Of a DNA stretch of 64,000 nt, positions 36,032-53,800 are shown one piece after another. The stretch covers positions 1,127,680 to 1,191,679 of the forward strand of contig OZ037767.1 of the NCBI GenBank assembly GCA_964035545.1. Direction: 5' to 3'. The translations under genes were made by a program, and so were the position numbers. This stretch comes from Bugula neritina (Eukaryota; Animalia; Bryozoa). Under the pieces are notes generated by a model. That model searched no databases, was not told the DNA's origin, and saw only the letters and a list, made by a program, of their open reading frames with translations. The first letter of the stretch is position 1. The number at the start of each line of letters is the position of its first letter.

Positions 36032-39000
36032 ATGTCAGCAACCTTATGGACGGTTGAACAAGCCCTTTCTGACCAAGTGAATATAGACAGAAACATCTGT
36101 GAAAACCTTGTAAACCTTATTGAGAAAGAACAGTGTACTTTGCCATTTATTGCCAGGTAAGTTATCGTATCAAATGTTATACTTTTATGAATTTTTCAAA
36201 TATTCTAATTTTGAGTTTATATGTTAAATTGCATCAATAAAATTTCTTTTCAATGCATTGAACACTGAGTTAGTCCAAACGCACTGAAGTTTAAACAACT
36301 GCTCTTGTGAAATGATTGAAGATATAGATTTATGTTCGCTTATTTTTGTAGATATAGAAAGAATGAAACTAAAAATATCGCCTTGGACAAGCTTCGTCAA
36401 GTTTTTGAATCTCTCTCTCAGCTGCGGTTAGTCTTCATTGTATATTATTGGTTAGTTTGTAAGTGAGTGAGTGAGCGAGTGAGTGAGTGAGTTAGTTAGT
36501 GAGTGAGTTAGTCAGCGAGTGAGTTGGTGAATGAGTGAATTAGTGATTGAGTTGGTGAGTGAGTCACTTTACCAGTCAATGTTGGTGGTAAATCTATATT
36601 TTAAAAATAAAGTTTATGGGTTGGCAAAAGTTACATAATCTGTTAGAGTTAGACAGGACGGGTATGGCTAGGAAACACATCAATTTATTACATATTTATG
36701 AAAACCATCGACGTCGCTATCTTTATCATGATATTTTCAGCTATTCTTAGTTGTCCTGTTTTATAGAGACATTCAGAAGAAGATAGACTCCACGATAAGT
36801 AAAATAGAGAAAACAGGAAATCTAACCGGGGACATCAAGTCCGCTCTGAGAGGCGCACAGACCCTGGAGGAAGTGGAGTTTATTGTAAGAGAAGTCAAAT
36901 ACTTTCCTGTACATTGTAGTGCATACAGTACATTGTAGTGCATACAGTACATTGTAGTGCATACAGTACATTGTAGTGCATACAGTACATTGTAGTGCAT
37001 ACAGTACATTGTAGTGTATACAGTACATTGTAATGCATACAGTACATTGTAATGCATACAGTACATTGTAATGCATACATTACATTGTAATGCATACACT
37101 ACAATGTACTGCATGCAGTACATCGTAGTGCATACAGTACATTGTAATGCATATTATTTGCCAAATTAGCAACTTATTTTACAATTTTTCTTGCTTTAAA
37201 ATGGTTTTCTATTAAAACTAGTCATAACAGCTCAAAGTCAGTTAAATATACACAGTAGTGTCTGATCTCTAAAATAAGCTTTCACGGAGCTGCTATTTAC
37301 TACAACCAACTAAAACTGGTGAACATTTATGAAATGATTTAAAATAAATGGCAGAGTGAGTTAGGTTTGCAATACACCCATATTATCTAAATATTGCTCT
37401 CCTAAAACTAGTCTGCATCTTGTGTCGTGTGATTGGTCGGCAAACTTAGCCTGTGATTTCAAACTGTTGCAGAGTGCCCCTTTCAAAAACACAGGTGGGA
37501 AAAGAACACTTGCTGGCAAAGCCTGTGAGCTTGGTCTAGATAAATTTGCTGAACAAATGCTCAATGGGGAAAACGTCAACTTGAACATTCAGGTCAAAGA
37601 TGAGAAAGGTGCTCAAGCTAAAATATTACAACTTTATTACAATTTTGCAACTTTTGTTTATGAGTAAAAGGCTAATTGCAGGAATTTTGGTCTCTTGTAG
37701 CCCAAACACTGTGGATATGTCTTATATTCACGACTGGTTGGGGCTGTTTTAAAGTTACCCGATTGCAGCTCAAGTTTTGTATTTAGCAGAAGAAAATGTT
37801 GAGATTGCTAAGCTTTGTTGAAGTTTCTATTATGTGTTTGTTTAGTTGTATGAGCATAGTATAACCTTGAAATGACCTTGAAAAATAATGGTACTATGAA
37901 CTGTTTTGCCAGTCTAGAGATTGATAACCAAAATCTGCAGTTCAAATGTTTGCGCTTGTGTAATTGTTATGCTTAGCGGAGTAGATTTATTCTTTCTCCT
38001 AGAAGCAGCCGGGCACCAGCCACACATTAATCTAAGGCTACTTCCTGTTCTGTAGGTAAACTTCTGAGTGTTAAGGAGGTGGAACAAGGTATCAAGTACG
38101 TCATAGCAGACATCTTGTCTAAAGATAGTGAGATATTAGCTGCTATTCGAACTCAGTAAGACTTATCTTCTCTTTGTAATGAGTAACACTGAGAAGACAA
38201 CTTCCTATGGCCCTGTCAGTCCCTACTTGAAGGTTTTCTGTCACTTGTTATTCTTTATGTGTTTAGAAAATTAGATACCAGTTGATCAATCAACATAATA
38301 GATATATTTAATATTGCAGGAAAACAAAGATGCCCTAAAATATCATTAAGTAATTCCTAAACCTCACATAATACTTTTATGCTACTCTTGCCCTGCTGTA
38401 TCATGGAACTAGTTTTTCTAATACACGTTCTAGATACATTTGATGAGGTTTGGAATTGTAATGTCAGGTTTTATGGTGTTATATATTATATGATGGCATG
38501 ATATATGCTATATACTATATAATGACATAGCGTATGATATATACTATATGATGACATAGTATATGCTATATATTATATGATGACATAGCATATGCTGAAT
38601 GCAGGTTTAAGAAGTGCGGCGCCAGAATTGTGACATCTAGAAAAGCCTCTAAAGCCGAATCAACGACATCTAAAAAGGAAACTAAGACCTCTAAAGCTGT
38701 GTCAGCAACATCTAAGTCAGTCAAAGGTGATAAAGTGAGGCTCAAGAAGGATGACTCTCACAAATATGAACAGTATTTTGACTTTTCTGTGGGCGTGTCT
38801 TCTGTGAGGCCACATCAGGTAACTTGTGAATGAGTCTCTCCAAGGGGTAATGACTCCCACTATTGTAAGGTTCTTCTTGGTACATCTGTCTATGAAGTAG
38901 CTTGTAGTTGAGATGGTGTATTGGCAATAGTGAGTTTAATCTCCTAAAATTTAAATTATGTTCTTTGCAGTATTCTGTGTTTTTACTCTATTTTGTTTTT

Positions 39001-42000
39001 GTATTTCAGCATATGTTTTGCTATTTTGATATTCAAGTTCAGTTTTATTATGCTTGCAGTTTGTAAATATACTTGCCTGGATATAATCTAATAATATACT
39101 CTGGTAATACTTCGATATATTTCAATCTACTCCGATACATGCTGACGATATGCTTACTGGCGATATACTTACTTACTGATGATACACGCTGATTATGTAA
39201 TGATATTTCTGCCTGTTTATAGATGCTGGCAATCAACAGGGGAGAGAGTCACAAGTACCTGTCAGTCAAACTTGATGTTCCTGACTCATTTCAGAAATTC
39301 TACTGCAAGTCAGTTTGGCTATTTATTATCTAATATATGTCCACCCCTGTATCACCCTTCTCTCTCCACCCCTGTAACACCCTTCTCTCTACACCCCTGT
39401 AACACCCTTCTCTCTCCACCCCTCTAACACCCTTCTCTCTCCACCCCTGTATCACCCTTCTCTCTACACCCCTGTATTCATTAAATGACTGGTGGTTGTG
39501 ATTGTATTCTTAACCCTTAAAGGCATATATGGCCACAATTTTTCACAAAACCCTATTTCTAATATAAATTGGCAACCACATTAATAGGGATATTCGACTA
39601 TTACGGACTTAATTTTAGAATATTATGTTATTTGTTTTCAAAGGCTTGTCCCTACAGTAACTTTGCATAGAGTTATGTAAGGTAATGACTGTGATTACAT
39701 AATTTGCAGTGCCTGTGCCCGACGCTGGCCGGCATTCTACAAATCCTACAGAAGGATTTTTGATGATGTCACAGAGGACTCTTACAAGAGACTCCTAATT
39801 CCCATGTTGACAAGGCAGTGCAGGTGAGTAAAACAGGTGCTACAGATAGAATGGAGTGTGGATTGTATATAGCAAAGCTCTGTATTCTATTACACTGAAT
39901 GACATAACTACTCAACTCTGTGCAGATCTGAGTTGAAGCAAGTGGCCGAGTGGAGTTCTATAGACACATTTGGTAGCAATCTGAAGGGGCTTCTGCTGCA
40001 GCCACCCTGTAGAGGGGAGACAATACTCGGTGTGGACCCAGGCTACACTAACGGCTGCAAAATGGCTGTAATATCTCCGTCCGGTACAGTTACTTCCTGT
40101 TATTGGTCTAGAATTCTAGCTGCACCCAGTCTAGCTGCTAGCGGACTCTTTTTGTCTCACCTACACTCTGTTACTCTTTCACCCACACGATGTAAAATAT
40201 TACTACTGTTGTTTAAACTCTGAGTACACCATTCAGTTTTGGCCAATTGCATGCTTGGTAATATATCCTAAACCAATCACATGTTGTGTTTTATGGTGGT
40301 AGGAAGCATACTAGATTCTGCCACTCTATACTTACATAACCATGTGAAGAAAGCCAAAGAAATAGTGAAACTCGCCGACCTCGTCAAAGGAAACAAGTCA
40401 GTGTAGAATTACTTTCTTACTCTATCCATATGGGCATAACTCAGAGATTATCTCCCATGCGTTGTTGAGTCAGACTTAGACTGAGAGCTCCGCTAGCCTT
40501 GCTGGTTCTCTACTATCCCCTGTATTCCATACTTAATGTATTCTTAAAAGTTGTCTTCTCTTTCTGTCATGTCTTGTAGATGTGGTGTCATAGCCCTGGG
40601 TAATCAGACAGCGTGTCGTGATACTGAGGCTATCATATCTGACTGTATAGGGAAGGGCGTGTTTGCGCCCCTTCCCGTCAAGTACTGCATTGTGAATGAA
40701 GATGGGTCCTCAGTCTACAGTGTCTCCAAACTGGCAGAAGAGGAACTTCCGCAGTTGGACCAGAACCTGCGCTCAGCTGGTTTGTCATAACGTTTCTCTG
40801 AAGAATCTTTTCCAAATTATTCAATAGAAAAGGTTTTTGTTGTCATTATCTAATGAGAAGCAACTCCTAAAGAAGTATACATATTAGATTGATATAGGCA
40901 AGCATCAGTAATTCAGTACTATAAATAGTAGTAAATAGTCAGCTGTAACTATGGTAACACAATAACAGTTAGAGAAAAGGCTATGTCACCACATCAGCAT
41001 AATATTTCTTTTATAGATCAGATTTGTCACCCCTGGATAAGTTTTACTCAAACATAAACTGCAGGAATGAATTGCTGAAAGTCACACAACATTTTTTTAT
41101 GTATTGCAAAGCCTTGTAGTTTCTAACCCTAAATCTGTTTGATGTTGTAGTGTCTATTGCGAGACGTCTTCAGAACCCGCTGATGGAGCTGGTGAAGATT
41201 GAGCCTCAGCACATTGGAGTTGGAATGTATCAACATGACATAGCTGAAGCTAAACTCAGCACCAGGCTAGACTCAGTTCTATCAGAGTGTGTCAGCTTTG
41301 TGGGGGTGGAGATAAACTCGGCCAGTGAACACATCCTCAGGTGCGTGTGAGATATCAGGCTATTACCAATGATGTGTGTATTGGGGTATTTTGTCTCATA
41401 ATTTCAAATATAAAATAGACCATACATATTTTTCTTACTAAAGATTTATTATTTAGTTTCTATACATAATAATGGGAGCAACAGGGGAGTATATAAAAGA
41501 GAAGGTAACTCCATGTGAGAGATTTGCAATCTCGTACAAGCAGCGTATTTATTTCTGTACTGAAGCTACCCCTGCCTGATTGTATGTAGTATCATTCTAG
41601 CCGTGTGTCGGGCCTCAATAAAGCCAAAGCAAAGGCTATCCTCAGCGAGCGGGAAAGGGTTGGAGGTCAATTCATCTGCAGAGAGCAGCTGATGAACGTG
41701 AAAGGACTCGGCGCCAAGTCGTACGAACAGTGTGCGGGATTCATCACAGTCAAGTAATGTTCAGATATATCTAACCAGTCAGCTATAGGTTTACAGCTTC
41801 CTGTGCTTGAGAGCCATTTAATAAAGTGGAAAGACAACTCTTTAGATATTACTAATATGACTATTATTAGTGATTTATTTTGAAAACCAATTATATTTGA
41901 TGATGCATATCTTGTAGAAAAGAAAGTTAAGTCAAATAAATTATCATCATATCTGTCACACTTTACCACGCTTTCGAGTATAGAATTATACAATGTACTG

Positions 42001-43569
42001 TGTACGCATCAACTACTTCAACTGCCAGTGTTTTGTAGACCTCTCCCAAATTCTAAGGGCTCTGTGCTGACTACCCCTAAAGGTACAAATGGTAAGAAGA
42101 AGGCCAAGTTGTTGTATAGCGCCAACCCCCTTGACCAAACCATGATCCACCCCTCATCTTATACACTAGCTGAGAGGTTCGTTGTTTTACCAGATGTTAT
42201 TTCGTTGATTTTAAAATTGCTGTCATGTAACATCAGCGTGTAAATTAAAACTATTCCAAGGTGACTAAATTTATTTATTTTAATTTTTGAGAATTAAAAT
42301 AGTTGCAGAAACATGACTGACTGATCATAGGATGTATTCCGATATTGGTTCAGGTTATATAATACATGATGTCTGATAGTTGATAAACCTAATAATATAT
42401 TGGTATAGTATGGTGGGTGTACTATTATGAATGTGTTTATTGGAACAAAATGATAGAATCTTTAAAGTAGAATAAAACTAAATTTCTAGTTGCAATGCTT
42501 GATACAGCCAGTGTGCAACATTGCCGTGAGGGGTGAAGATTTCGAAAGAATATTTTTATTTTCGCCCATAACAAAAATAGTGGTTTGTTATGTATTTTAG
42601 ATTTCTCAAGAAGCTAAATTTAGTAGCAAATGATGTTGGAACTATAGATCTAATAAATGAAGTAAAAAAGTGGGCTCAGGGTATGCTTCTTACTCCATAT
42701 CTATCAATAGTTAGTTGTGTGTATTTACTGAGTACTGCATGCCATAGTGTATGAATATATACCACCAAGTTAAGTACATCGAGGGTATAAAAGAGTGTAT
42801 ATTTAATGTAACCTTTGAGTTTAGTTTAACCTGGCAGCAAATAGTATTTAGTGTCAAAAGGTGATTTTACCTGCAGGCAAATGGTAAATTCAGTGCGAGT
42901 TCAAAAATGATTTTGAAAGTATAAATTACTCATTAGTCGCTGATTGTTGACTTATTTTTCTCTTGGATTTGGGTGATAATTTCTAAGCTATTTCAAGTAT
43001 TCAGCATTTGAAATGTTTGTTTATAATTTTATTGTGGTTAATAGATGGGCAAAGAGACTTGTCAGCTGTAGCCCAAGATCTTAACACAGATCCTGCTACT
43101 CTCACACAAATAGTGGAGGCGCTACAGCAGACACTCGACTATGATATGAGAGATCACATGACTAAACCACTGTTCAAATCCAGCAAGACGTCTATAGATA
43201 CTTTAAAGTCTGGTGATATCATGACAGGAGTGGTGAGTAAGGGTTTATGGGGAGGGGGGGGGGGGTTATGTTGGTAGTTGTGCATGAAATCAACTTGATA
43301 GGATTTAATTTTGCATCATTTGAAAATCTGCTACCTTGTCTTGTACTCAATGCTGTGCTATGTAATAAACATATTTACAAATATTTTAGGTAAGAAATGT
43401 GTTAGACTTTGGCGCATTTGTGGATATTGGTGTACAGAATGATGGGTTAGTGCACATCTCAGCTATGGGAGGGAAGAAACTGGCTCTGGGTAACCACGTG
43501 CAAGTTCGTATAACCAGCGTAGATGCTGTGAAAAGGAGAATTAGTCTTCAATTGGTGAAGTTACTGTGA
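36032..43569 (+). CDS. SRBD1: S1 RNA-binding domain protein 1 (Tex-like), multi-exon
   Basis: [20 protein letters not shown], YqgF-like [50 protein letters not shown], Hh[27 protein letters not shown]1 domain [16 protein letters not shown]; stop at 43567-43569. Confidence 0.93.
36908..37151. repeat. 19-bp intronic minisatellite (GTACATTGTAGTGCATACA)
   Basis: About 12 units; source of three spurious minus-strand ORFs. Confidence 0.92.
39341..39476. repeat. 25-bp intronic tandem repeat (CCACCCCTGTAACACCCTTCTCTCT)
   Basis: About 5 units. Confidence 0.9.
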
Positions 43570-43897
43570 ATTTGTTTTTATTTGCCATTTTATTTTGTTA
43601 GCCACTATTTTTTATTCAGTTAACAATCGAGATATATTTTAGTTATTTCAACACGAATTTCACTTTTCTGTTTTAAATCCACATGTTAAAATTGTTTCAC
43701 ATTTTTAACAATTATCAACAAGAATACAGAGAAACATTAGATGATGTTTGAGTTTGATAGTTGAATATATTTGTGAACACTCAAGCCTCTATATATCTAT
43801 ATACACGTGGGCAGTCCTTATGGTGTTTAGTTACAACTCAGTTTGATCTGTGAAACATAAATGCGGAGTTGATGTATTGAGAGTTTCCGGTATTTTC

Positions 43898-46475
<2,578 letters not shown>

Positions 46476-47819
46476 TTTTACCAATACAAACGTTTACAGA
46501 GCAAGAATATATAGAAAATAATTTACTTATAATTATGGTAATTGTTAGAATGAGCAAAAATGAAGTGAATCAGCAGTAACGATGCTATGTTGAAAAATTG
46601 CCCTTGAACAAAACCTAAATATGACCCGGTAAAAATCGTGCTGATACTGGATAGATTACGATATCAACTTTTAGTACCGTTAAAAGACTAAAATGAAATA
46701 ACTTGATCCTTTTTCTATAGACTAAAATGCTTGACTAGAATTATTAAAATTACTGAAATAGATATTTACGAGTCATTCGACAAAAACGAACAAAAGTGTC
46801 GACTGGTCTTATATTATCCTCTCTTGGTCAAGGTTGGAAAAAAGTTCTTGGTCTAATTCAAGTAGAATTTTCTTCTAAATATTATGCATTTACTTTTTCT
46901 CATTTGATTATATTTATAATAATAATAGAGCGGCTCATTGCGTCAACCTTTACAGTCCAAAGCCAAAGGAGTCAATAACAATTTTCAATGATAATTGCTA
47001 TTGCTAAATAGGCGTGCTTACTTTCAATTATTTGGAGTTTTAGTTAAAGTTTGGCTTCAAGCTTAACTTTAAGTAGTCATAGTGATAGTGATGCCGATGG
47101 GCGATGGTGATAAAAATAAATCATAATAATAATCATAAAGAATGAGATTATCATTTTGTTTTATAATTATAAATTAATGTTATTGTTTAGCAATAATTGT
47201 ATTTAAATTTCATATTTATGTTAGTGCTACGCAATGAATTTATAGCAATAAATGTAATTATAATATTGTCATTATGATTATTATTGTGATTAACATTAAC
47301 TTTAAATCCTTTTGATCATTAATATTAACTTTAAGTTTAACTTAAAACGATTAACGTAGTTTTACTTTAAAAACAAAAATATGTTGATGTTTACAGTTTT
47401 AGTCTAGTATTCTGATTTACATTGAGTTCAACATTCAAATCGACATTTGATTATGTCTATGATATTGATACTGAGTATGTCGATAATCACGAGCATTACT
47501 ATTACTAGTAACTAGGGATATTCTTCGACATTGATACTTAAAAGTCATACTGATAGACTTAGAAGCTAGAGTTACTGTTAGTGCTACAGAGTTACTCGAT
47601 GACTCATATTAATCAAAAAGTATTCTAATTGATGTTATTGTTAAGTTATTATATAAAATTATCATTTGTTTGTCATTACATTAATCTTAGTCATATAGTA
47701 GTATACTACCATATCTGTTTTGTTCTATCATTATGTTAGAAAAATTTGCTAATCTTAATGTAGGGCTGCTTGTGTTTTGTTTTTTTAAGACTTTCTTTTT
47801 TATTTTAGGTACTATATTA

Positions 47820-50800
47820 ATGGAAAATAAGGTATTAGTTCTATGCCAGTTGAAACTAAAACCTCATATGGGACTGACATTCATTTATCGTCATCTAACA
47901 CAACGAACTCTTTTAACTCGTCACATATCAGCAACAGCGTTACCCTCGGTGTTAGCGCAAAGACAGAAAGTTTTTAGTTCTCACCATAGCTTGACCCCTT
48001 CATTTCAAGAAAGAACACATCATCATAAACACGGCACAGAAGATGGTTCAACTGCTACCACTATTACATCATCACTTGCTCTTGTGACTTGGCTGTTTTT
48101 AAAAGATAGGGTCTCTGTTGTCGCAGCTGAAGATGAAAAGACAAGGAGCGCTAACCTCTTATTCATCTCCTGTAAGAATAATGACCTTGAGGCTGTTCGC
48201 AAGCTAATCAACTCAGGAGTAAGTATCAATCATGACACCAAACTAAAACTAAATATTTCAAGGCTTTGCTACATGAAAACTATGATGAAACTTTTAGTTT
48301 CCATTAGCTGCCCGATTAACTCATATGTTTTATTACCATTTGCATACACAGCAGTTGTCTAAATCTCAAGTCTCATTGCTGAATGCTGCGTAGAGTTGCC
48401 TACATGTTTCTGACTCCACGCACTCTATCCAATAAGCATGTTATGTCTAGCCTACAATGCTATTCTACACTAGACTTAGTTCCATACTTTATATTCCTTC
48501 TAGGTGGACGTCAACTGTAAGCATAGATTTGGCTGGACTCCACTTATGGTTGCTGCCATCAACGGCCACTACACTGTCGTCAAGTTACTGCTGGCAGCGA
48601 AAGCTAACCCTAATCTGGCTGACGGTTTTTCAACTTCTGGTAAATATTCGACATATATGATATATATTGTAATGTACGTTAGTAATAGTGATTATTGTGT
48701 GACCTCATTATAAACATATATCTGTGTATGTCTGGTGTCTCTAGCTATACTCTCTAATACTATGGGAATATCTCGGAAGGAAATACAGAGTGCTCGAGAT
48801 ACGGAGTTTTCTCCTCTTCTTTCTCTACACAGCTTCAAGTATGTGTATTACCTACGCTGTTATTTTTTTCTTTCTACTCACTTATGCTGTTATTACTCCC
48901 TTTTTATTACTTGTCTATGCTGTTATTACTTACCTATCCTGTTATTACTTACCTATGCTATTATTACTTACTCTCTGCTTACCTATGTTCACATTACTCA
49001 CAAGTAGGAGTTGTTTCAGGGGTTCCACTGCTCTGCATTATGCTGCTTTGGCTGATGATGACAAAATCATGTCTGCCCTCATAGATACAGGAGCGGATCC
49101 AACTCTAGTCAATGCTCAGGGGTTCAAACCAGCGCAGTTTGCGGATCCAAGAAAAAATAGTATGTTTCAGGTCAGGTCTACTGGAAGAAAGTATTTCATT
49201 TAGGAGTTGGCTGCCCTTTGAACTTAATGTCCTTAGAATTCCCTTTTGTACTGTGAAAAGTTAATAAATTCAAAGCTAACTTTATTTGATTATGTTTTGC
49301 TACATCCTTTTGTAGAAATGGGAAAAAGAGTACGAAGCAACTCGCAAAGCAAAAGAGGCAGAAATGAGGAGACGATTTCCGTTAGAGAAACGTTTGAAAG
49401 AGAGGCTAGTTGGACAGGAAGGAGCAATCAACGTCGTTTCTTCAGGTGATTTATTTATTCTACTTACTACTCTACTTACTATATACTTGCTATATTTACT
49501 ATGTAATTACTATATTTACTATGTATGTACTATATTTACCATGTACTTACTATATTTACTATGTACTTGCTATATTTACTATGTACTTACTATTCTACAT
49601 ATACATGTATGTAGCTGTGAGGAGGAAAGAGAACGGCTGGTTTGACGCTGACCACCCTCTGGTAATGCTGTTCCTCGGCTCCTCTGGTATCGGTAAGACG
49701 GAGCTGGCCAAGCAGCTGGCTAATTACATGCACGGAGAGAAGAGAGAGGCCTTCATCAGAATAGACATGTCCGAGTACCAGAGTAAGCACGAGGTGCGGG
49801 GCGCTTACCTACCCCCTTCTTATAAGGATTTTCGTAGCTTGAGATTTATTAAATATAACCCAAGTGGTGCTTTCAACGCTTTCAACATGTGTGGGTGACC
49901 CAAGAGTTTTCTTTGGGTGCACTTTTTGCCCTCCTATACTCTGGAAATGTGTTTATTGGCTCATGAGAGTTGTCTCACTCTCTGTTGATAGGCGGCCAAG
50001 TTCATAGGAGCTCCCCCCGGCTATGTAGGTCACGAGGAAGGAGGTCAACTCACAGAGAGGCTCTCAAAGTTCCCCTCCGCAGTCGTCCTGTTTGATGAGG
50101 TTGACAAAGCACACCCGGATGTGCTAACCACACTGTTACAGGTTCGGTATTGTCTGAGGACACGTCTAAACGTATTCTGTCATGTGCTGAATATAGGAGT
50201 TGTGTTCTTCCGTGTGTTAGATATTGTTTTGGTACACACTGTTCTATAATATCCATCAACCAAGTGTGACTCAGCTGTTACCTAACAAATGAGTGTGACT
50301 CAGCTGTTACCTGACAAATGAGTGTGACTCACCTGTTACCTGACAAATGAGTGTGACTCACCTGTTACCTGACAAATGAGTGTGACTCAGCTGTTACCTA
50401 ACAAATGAGTGTCTACCTCGAACTCCTGTTCTTTCGCAGCTGTTTGACGAAGGTCACATGACTGACGGCAAAGGAAAGAGAGTTGACTGCAAGGATGCTA
50501 CGTTCATAATGACAGCGAATGTGGCGAATGAGGAGATATCCCAGCATGCCCTTGACCTAAGAGAGTCAGCGAAGGAAATATCCGACATCAAAACGGCCAA
50601 AAGTGACCAGCCGGCAGGTGAAATTGAGCACTGTGTATTATATACTCACTAACATGTATTATAGCTCTATGTTATATGTATTGTAAACTATACAATCTGT
50701 ATTATATACTTACTAACATGTATTATAGCTCTATGTTATATGTATTGTAAACTATACAATCTGTATTATATACTTACTAACATGTATTATAGCTCTATGT

Positions 50801-53800
50801 TATATGTATTGTAAACTCTACAATTTGTATTATATACTCACTAACATGTGTTATAGCTCTATGTTATATGTATTGTAAACTATACAATCTGTATTATGTA
50901 CTCACTAACATGTAAATCCAGTATCCACATACATTTAGCTTGTTCACTGTATTGATACATTGCTGTAACTGATTCAATGGAGTTATATTCTCATGTCATT
51001 ATTCAATACCTCATGTTTGAGATTCCCTTCATTTGTATCCAGCCAATAACCTTCCAGTTACTCTTCCTTAGAAGCACTTGATGTCTAACAGCGTTCTAAT
51101 TCTTGTTTTATTGGCAGACATACCGGAGATATCGAGAGAGTTCAAGGACACTATCATACATCCGATTCTCAAAGCTCATTTCAAGAGAGACGAGTTTCTC
51201 GGTAGAATAAATGAAATCGTCTACTTTCTGCCCTTCAACACCGAAGAGTTAAATCGACTTGTTACACGGCAACTTAACTTCTGGGCTGGCAAGGTACGTC
51301 TGTGTGTCTATAAATATACTACTCATAGTCTACTAATATACTACTCATAGTCTACTAATATACTACTCATAGTCTACTAATATACTACTCATAGTCTACT
51401 AATATACTACTCATAGTCTACTAATATACTACTCATAGTCTACTAATATACTACTCATAGTCTACTAATATACTGATGGATGGTCAAACGGTTTTTTGTT
51501 CATGATACGCATTACCTTTTTTTGAAAAATAAAAATCTTGTTTAGATGGGTATTAGCTGCATTTCCCCAGGCCTCTGCACAATAATTTAACTTGGAATTG
51601 ATGAAAGAATTATATATCAAAAGTAAAATTTTTTGAGGGAGATATTCAGAACATCGGTATATTAATCCACTAAGTGGTCGTAATTTTGTAAGTAGGTTTG
51701 AGATGTGCAAGCTCCAATTTAAATTTTTATCTATTTGTACACCTAGAAAAGTTATGCTGTTAGAGTAATTTATAGGTCTTTTATTTAATAATATACAGTT
51801 TTCTAGAATTTGAAAAGGATTTTGGTAGTTTTTTAAAACAATATAGTTGCATTTTTCATAGTTTATAGTGAGTTTGTTTTTATTGCACCAAATTGACAGA
51901 GAGTTTAGATCTTGATTTATAGCTTCCAAATGGGAGTTCAAATCTTTTGATTCAAAAAATAAATTAGTGTCGTCGGCATAGAAAATGGGATTAAAAAGTT
52001 TAAATTGTTGAGCAAGATCGTTTATATATATCAAAAATAAGGTAGGGCCCAAGACAGATCCCTGGGGAACCCCACAGGTCACTGATCGTGAACTTGATAA
52101 GGTTGCATTTACTAGTGTGGAATGACTTCGGTTTGATAGGTAGTTAGCAACCCATGACACTGTGGATTCACTAAAACCAAGTTTTCTCATTTTTGCAAGT
52201 AAAATATTGTGATTTATAGTGTCAAAAGCCTTACTAAAATCTATAAAAATTCCGAGAACGCAATTTCCATTGTTAAAAGCTTCGAGCGTATTATTTTTAA
52301 ATTTAACAACAGCATCTGCAGTACTTAAATTTTTTCGAAAGCCATATTGATTCTTAGAAATCAAATTTTTAGATTCTAAAAAGTTTAAAATTTGATTGTT
52401 AACAATTTTTTCAAGTATTTTACTAAAAATGGGGAGGATTGAAATAGGGCGGTAGTTTTCACATCTGTCATGAGAACCTTTTTTGTAGAATGGTAATATT
52501 TTAGCAGTTTTAATTTGCGCTGGAACAATTTTTTTCTTCTATGCTTTTGTTAAATAAATAGGCAAGTGGTGTAGATAGTGAAATTTTGCAAAATTTGATA
52601 AGTTTAGTCGGGATATTGTCTAAACCTATAGCTTTCTTGGAATCTAGTTTTTCAATGATCTCAATTATTTGAGATTCATCAGTTTTTTTTAAATGAAATT
52701 CTTCTTTAGTAATATTTGTCAGCATTGAGTAGGTATCGGAGTTCGAATTTGTAAAATTTGAAGCTAGTTTTTGGGCTATTGTTGAAAAATACAGATTGAA
52801 ATTGTTAGCTATATCCATATTGCTATCTAGCATGGTCTCAGAGTCCTCAACCGAATACAGTTTTGATGAAAAGCATCTTTTGTTTAGTTTGGCTTTCCCT
52901 GTTTGTTCATTTATAAGTACCCAAAGCTGCGAACTGTTACAATTGCTAATAAAAGCTTTAAAATAATCATATTTAGCGGTTCTCAGATCAGCATTCAAAT
53001 TATTTCTAAAAGCATTATATCTTTTTAAAATCTTTTTATTCAGGGGTGCTTTTTTCACTCGTTTGTGAAGTGCATATTTCTTTTTGATTTGAGTTAAAAG
53101 ATGTTCAGTAATCCATGGTTTTTGTGCAAACTTTTTAGAAGGCCTATTGTTTTCAATAGTCTGTGAACAACTTTCAATGAGAAATTTTAGTCTAGTAATA
53201 AATATATCATAGTTTACTTCACAATTTTGTGAGTCATCAAAGAGCTTCAACCAGCAAAATGAGTTTATCTTGGAAACTAGTTTGGAATAATTAATAGTTC
53301 TATACATATCATCTGAGACAATATTAGTTCTATTTGAACAATTCAGTTGAAACGTCACAAAAGTGGGTAGGTGGTCACTCAAATCTGACTCAATGGTTCC
53401 AGATTTACCGTTTATGCAAGAGAAGTTTAGAAGGATATGATCTAAACAGCTAGCTCGTGACGATGAGATTCTAGTTGGGAGAGTGATAGCATTGTAAAAG
53501 GCATAGGTAGAAATAGTGGTGGAATAAGTGTCACTTACATTCATGTCAAGGGTATCTATATTGATGTCACCTACTACAATATGGGGAGAAGAATCATGGG
53601 AAATATAAGCCTCCAGGTCACTAAGAAACGCATCAGTGGAGGAAGCACCGGGCTGCCTGTATATAATTGTGAGTCTGAAATGGGAAGACTTTGAGGCCTG
53701 ACTGTGTAGAACAAGTGAGAGGACGTCTGCTCCAGACAGCGATACAGCCTTCGTGTCGGCCCCCAGGCCACACCGCACATAGGCCCCAACACCACCTCCT

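Noticed and set aside
36773-37123. Three overlapping Cys/Tyr-rich minus-strand ORFs
   Set aside because: Products of a 19-bp minisatellite lacking stops
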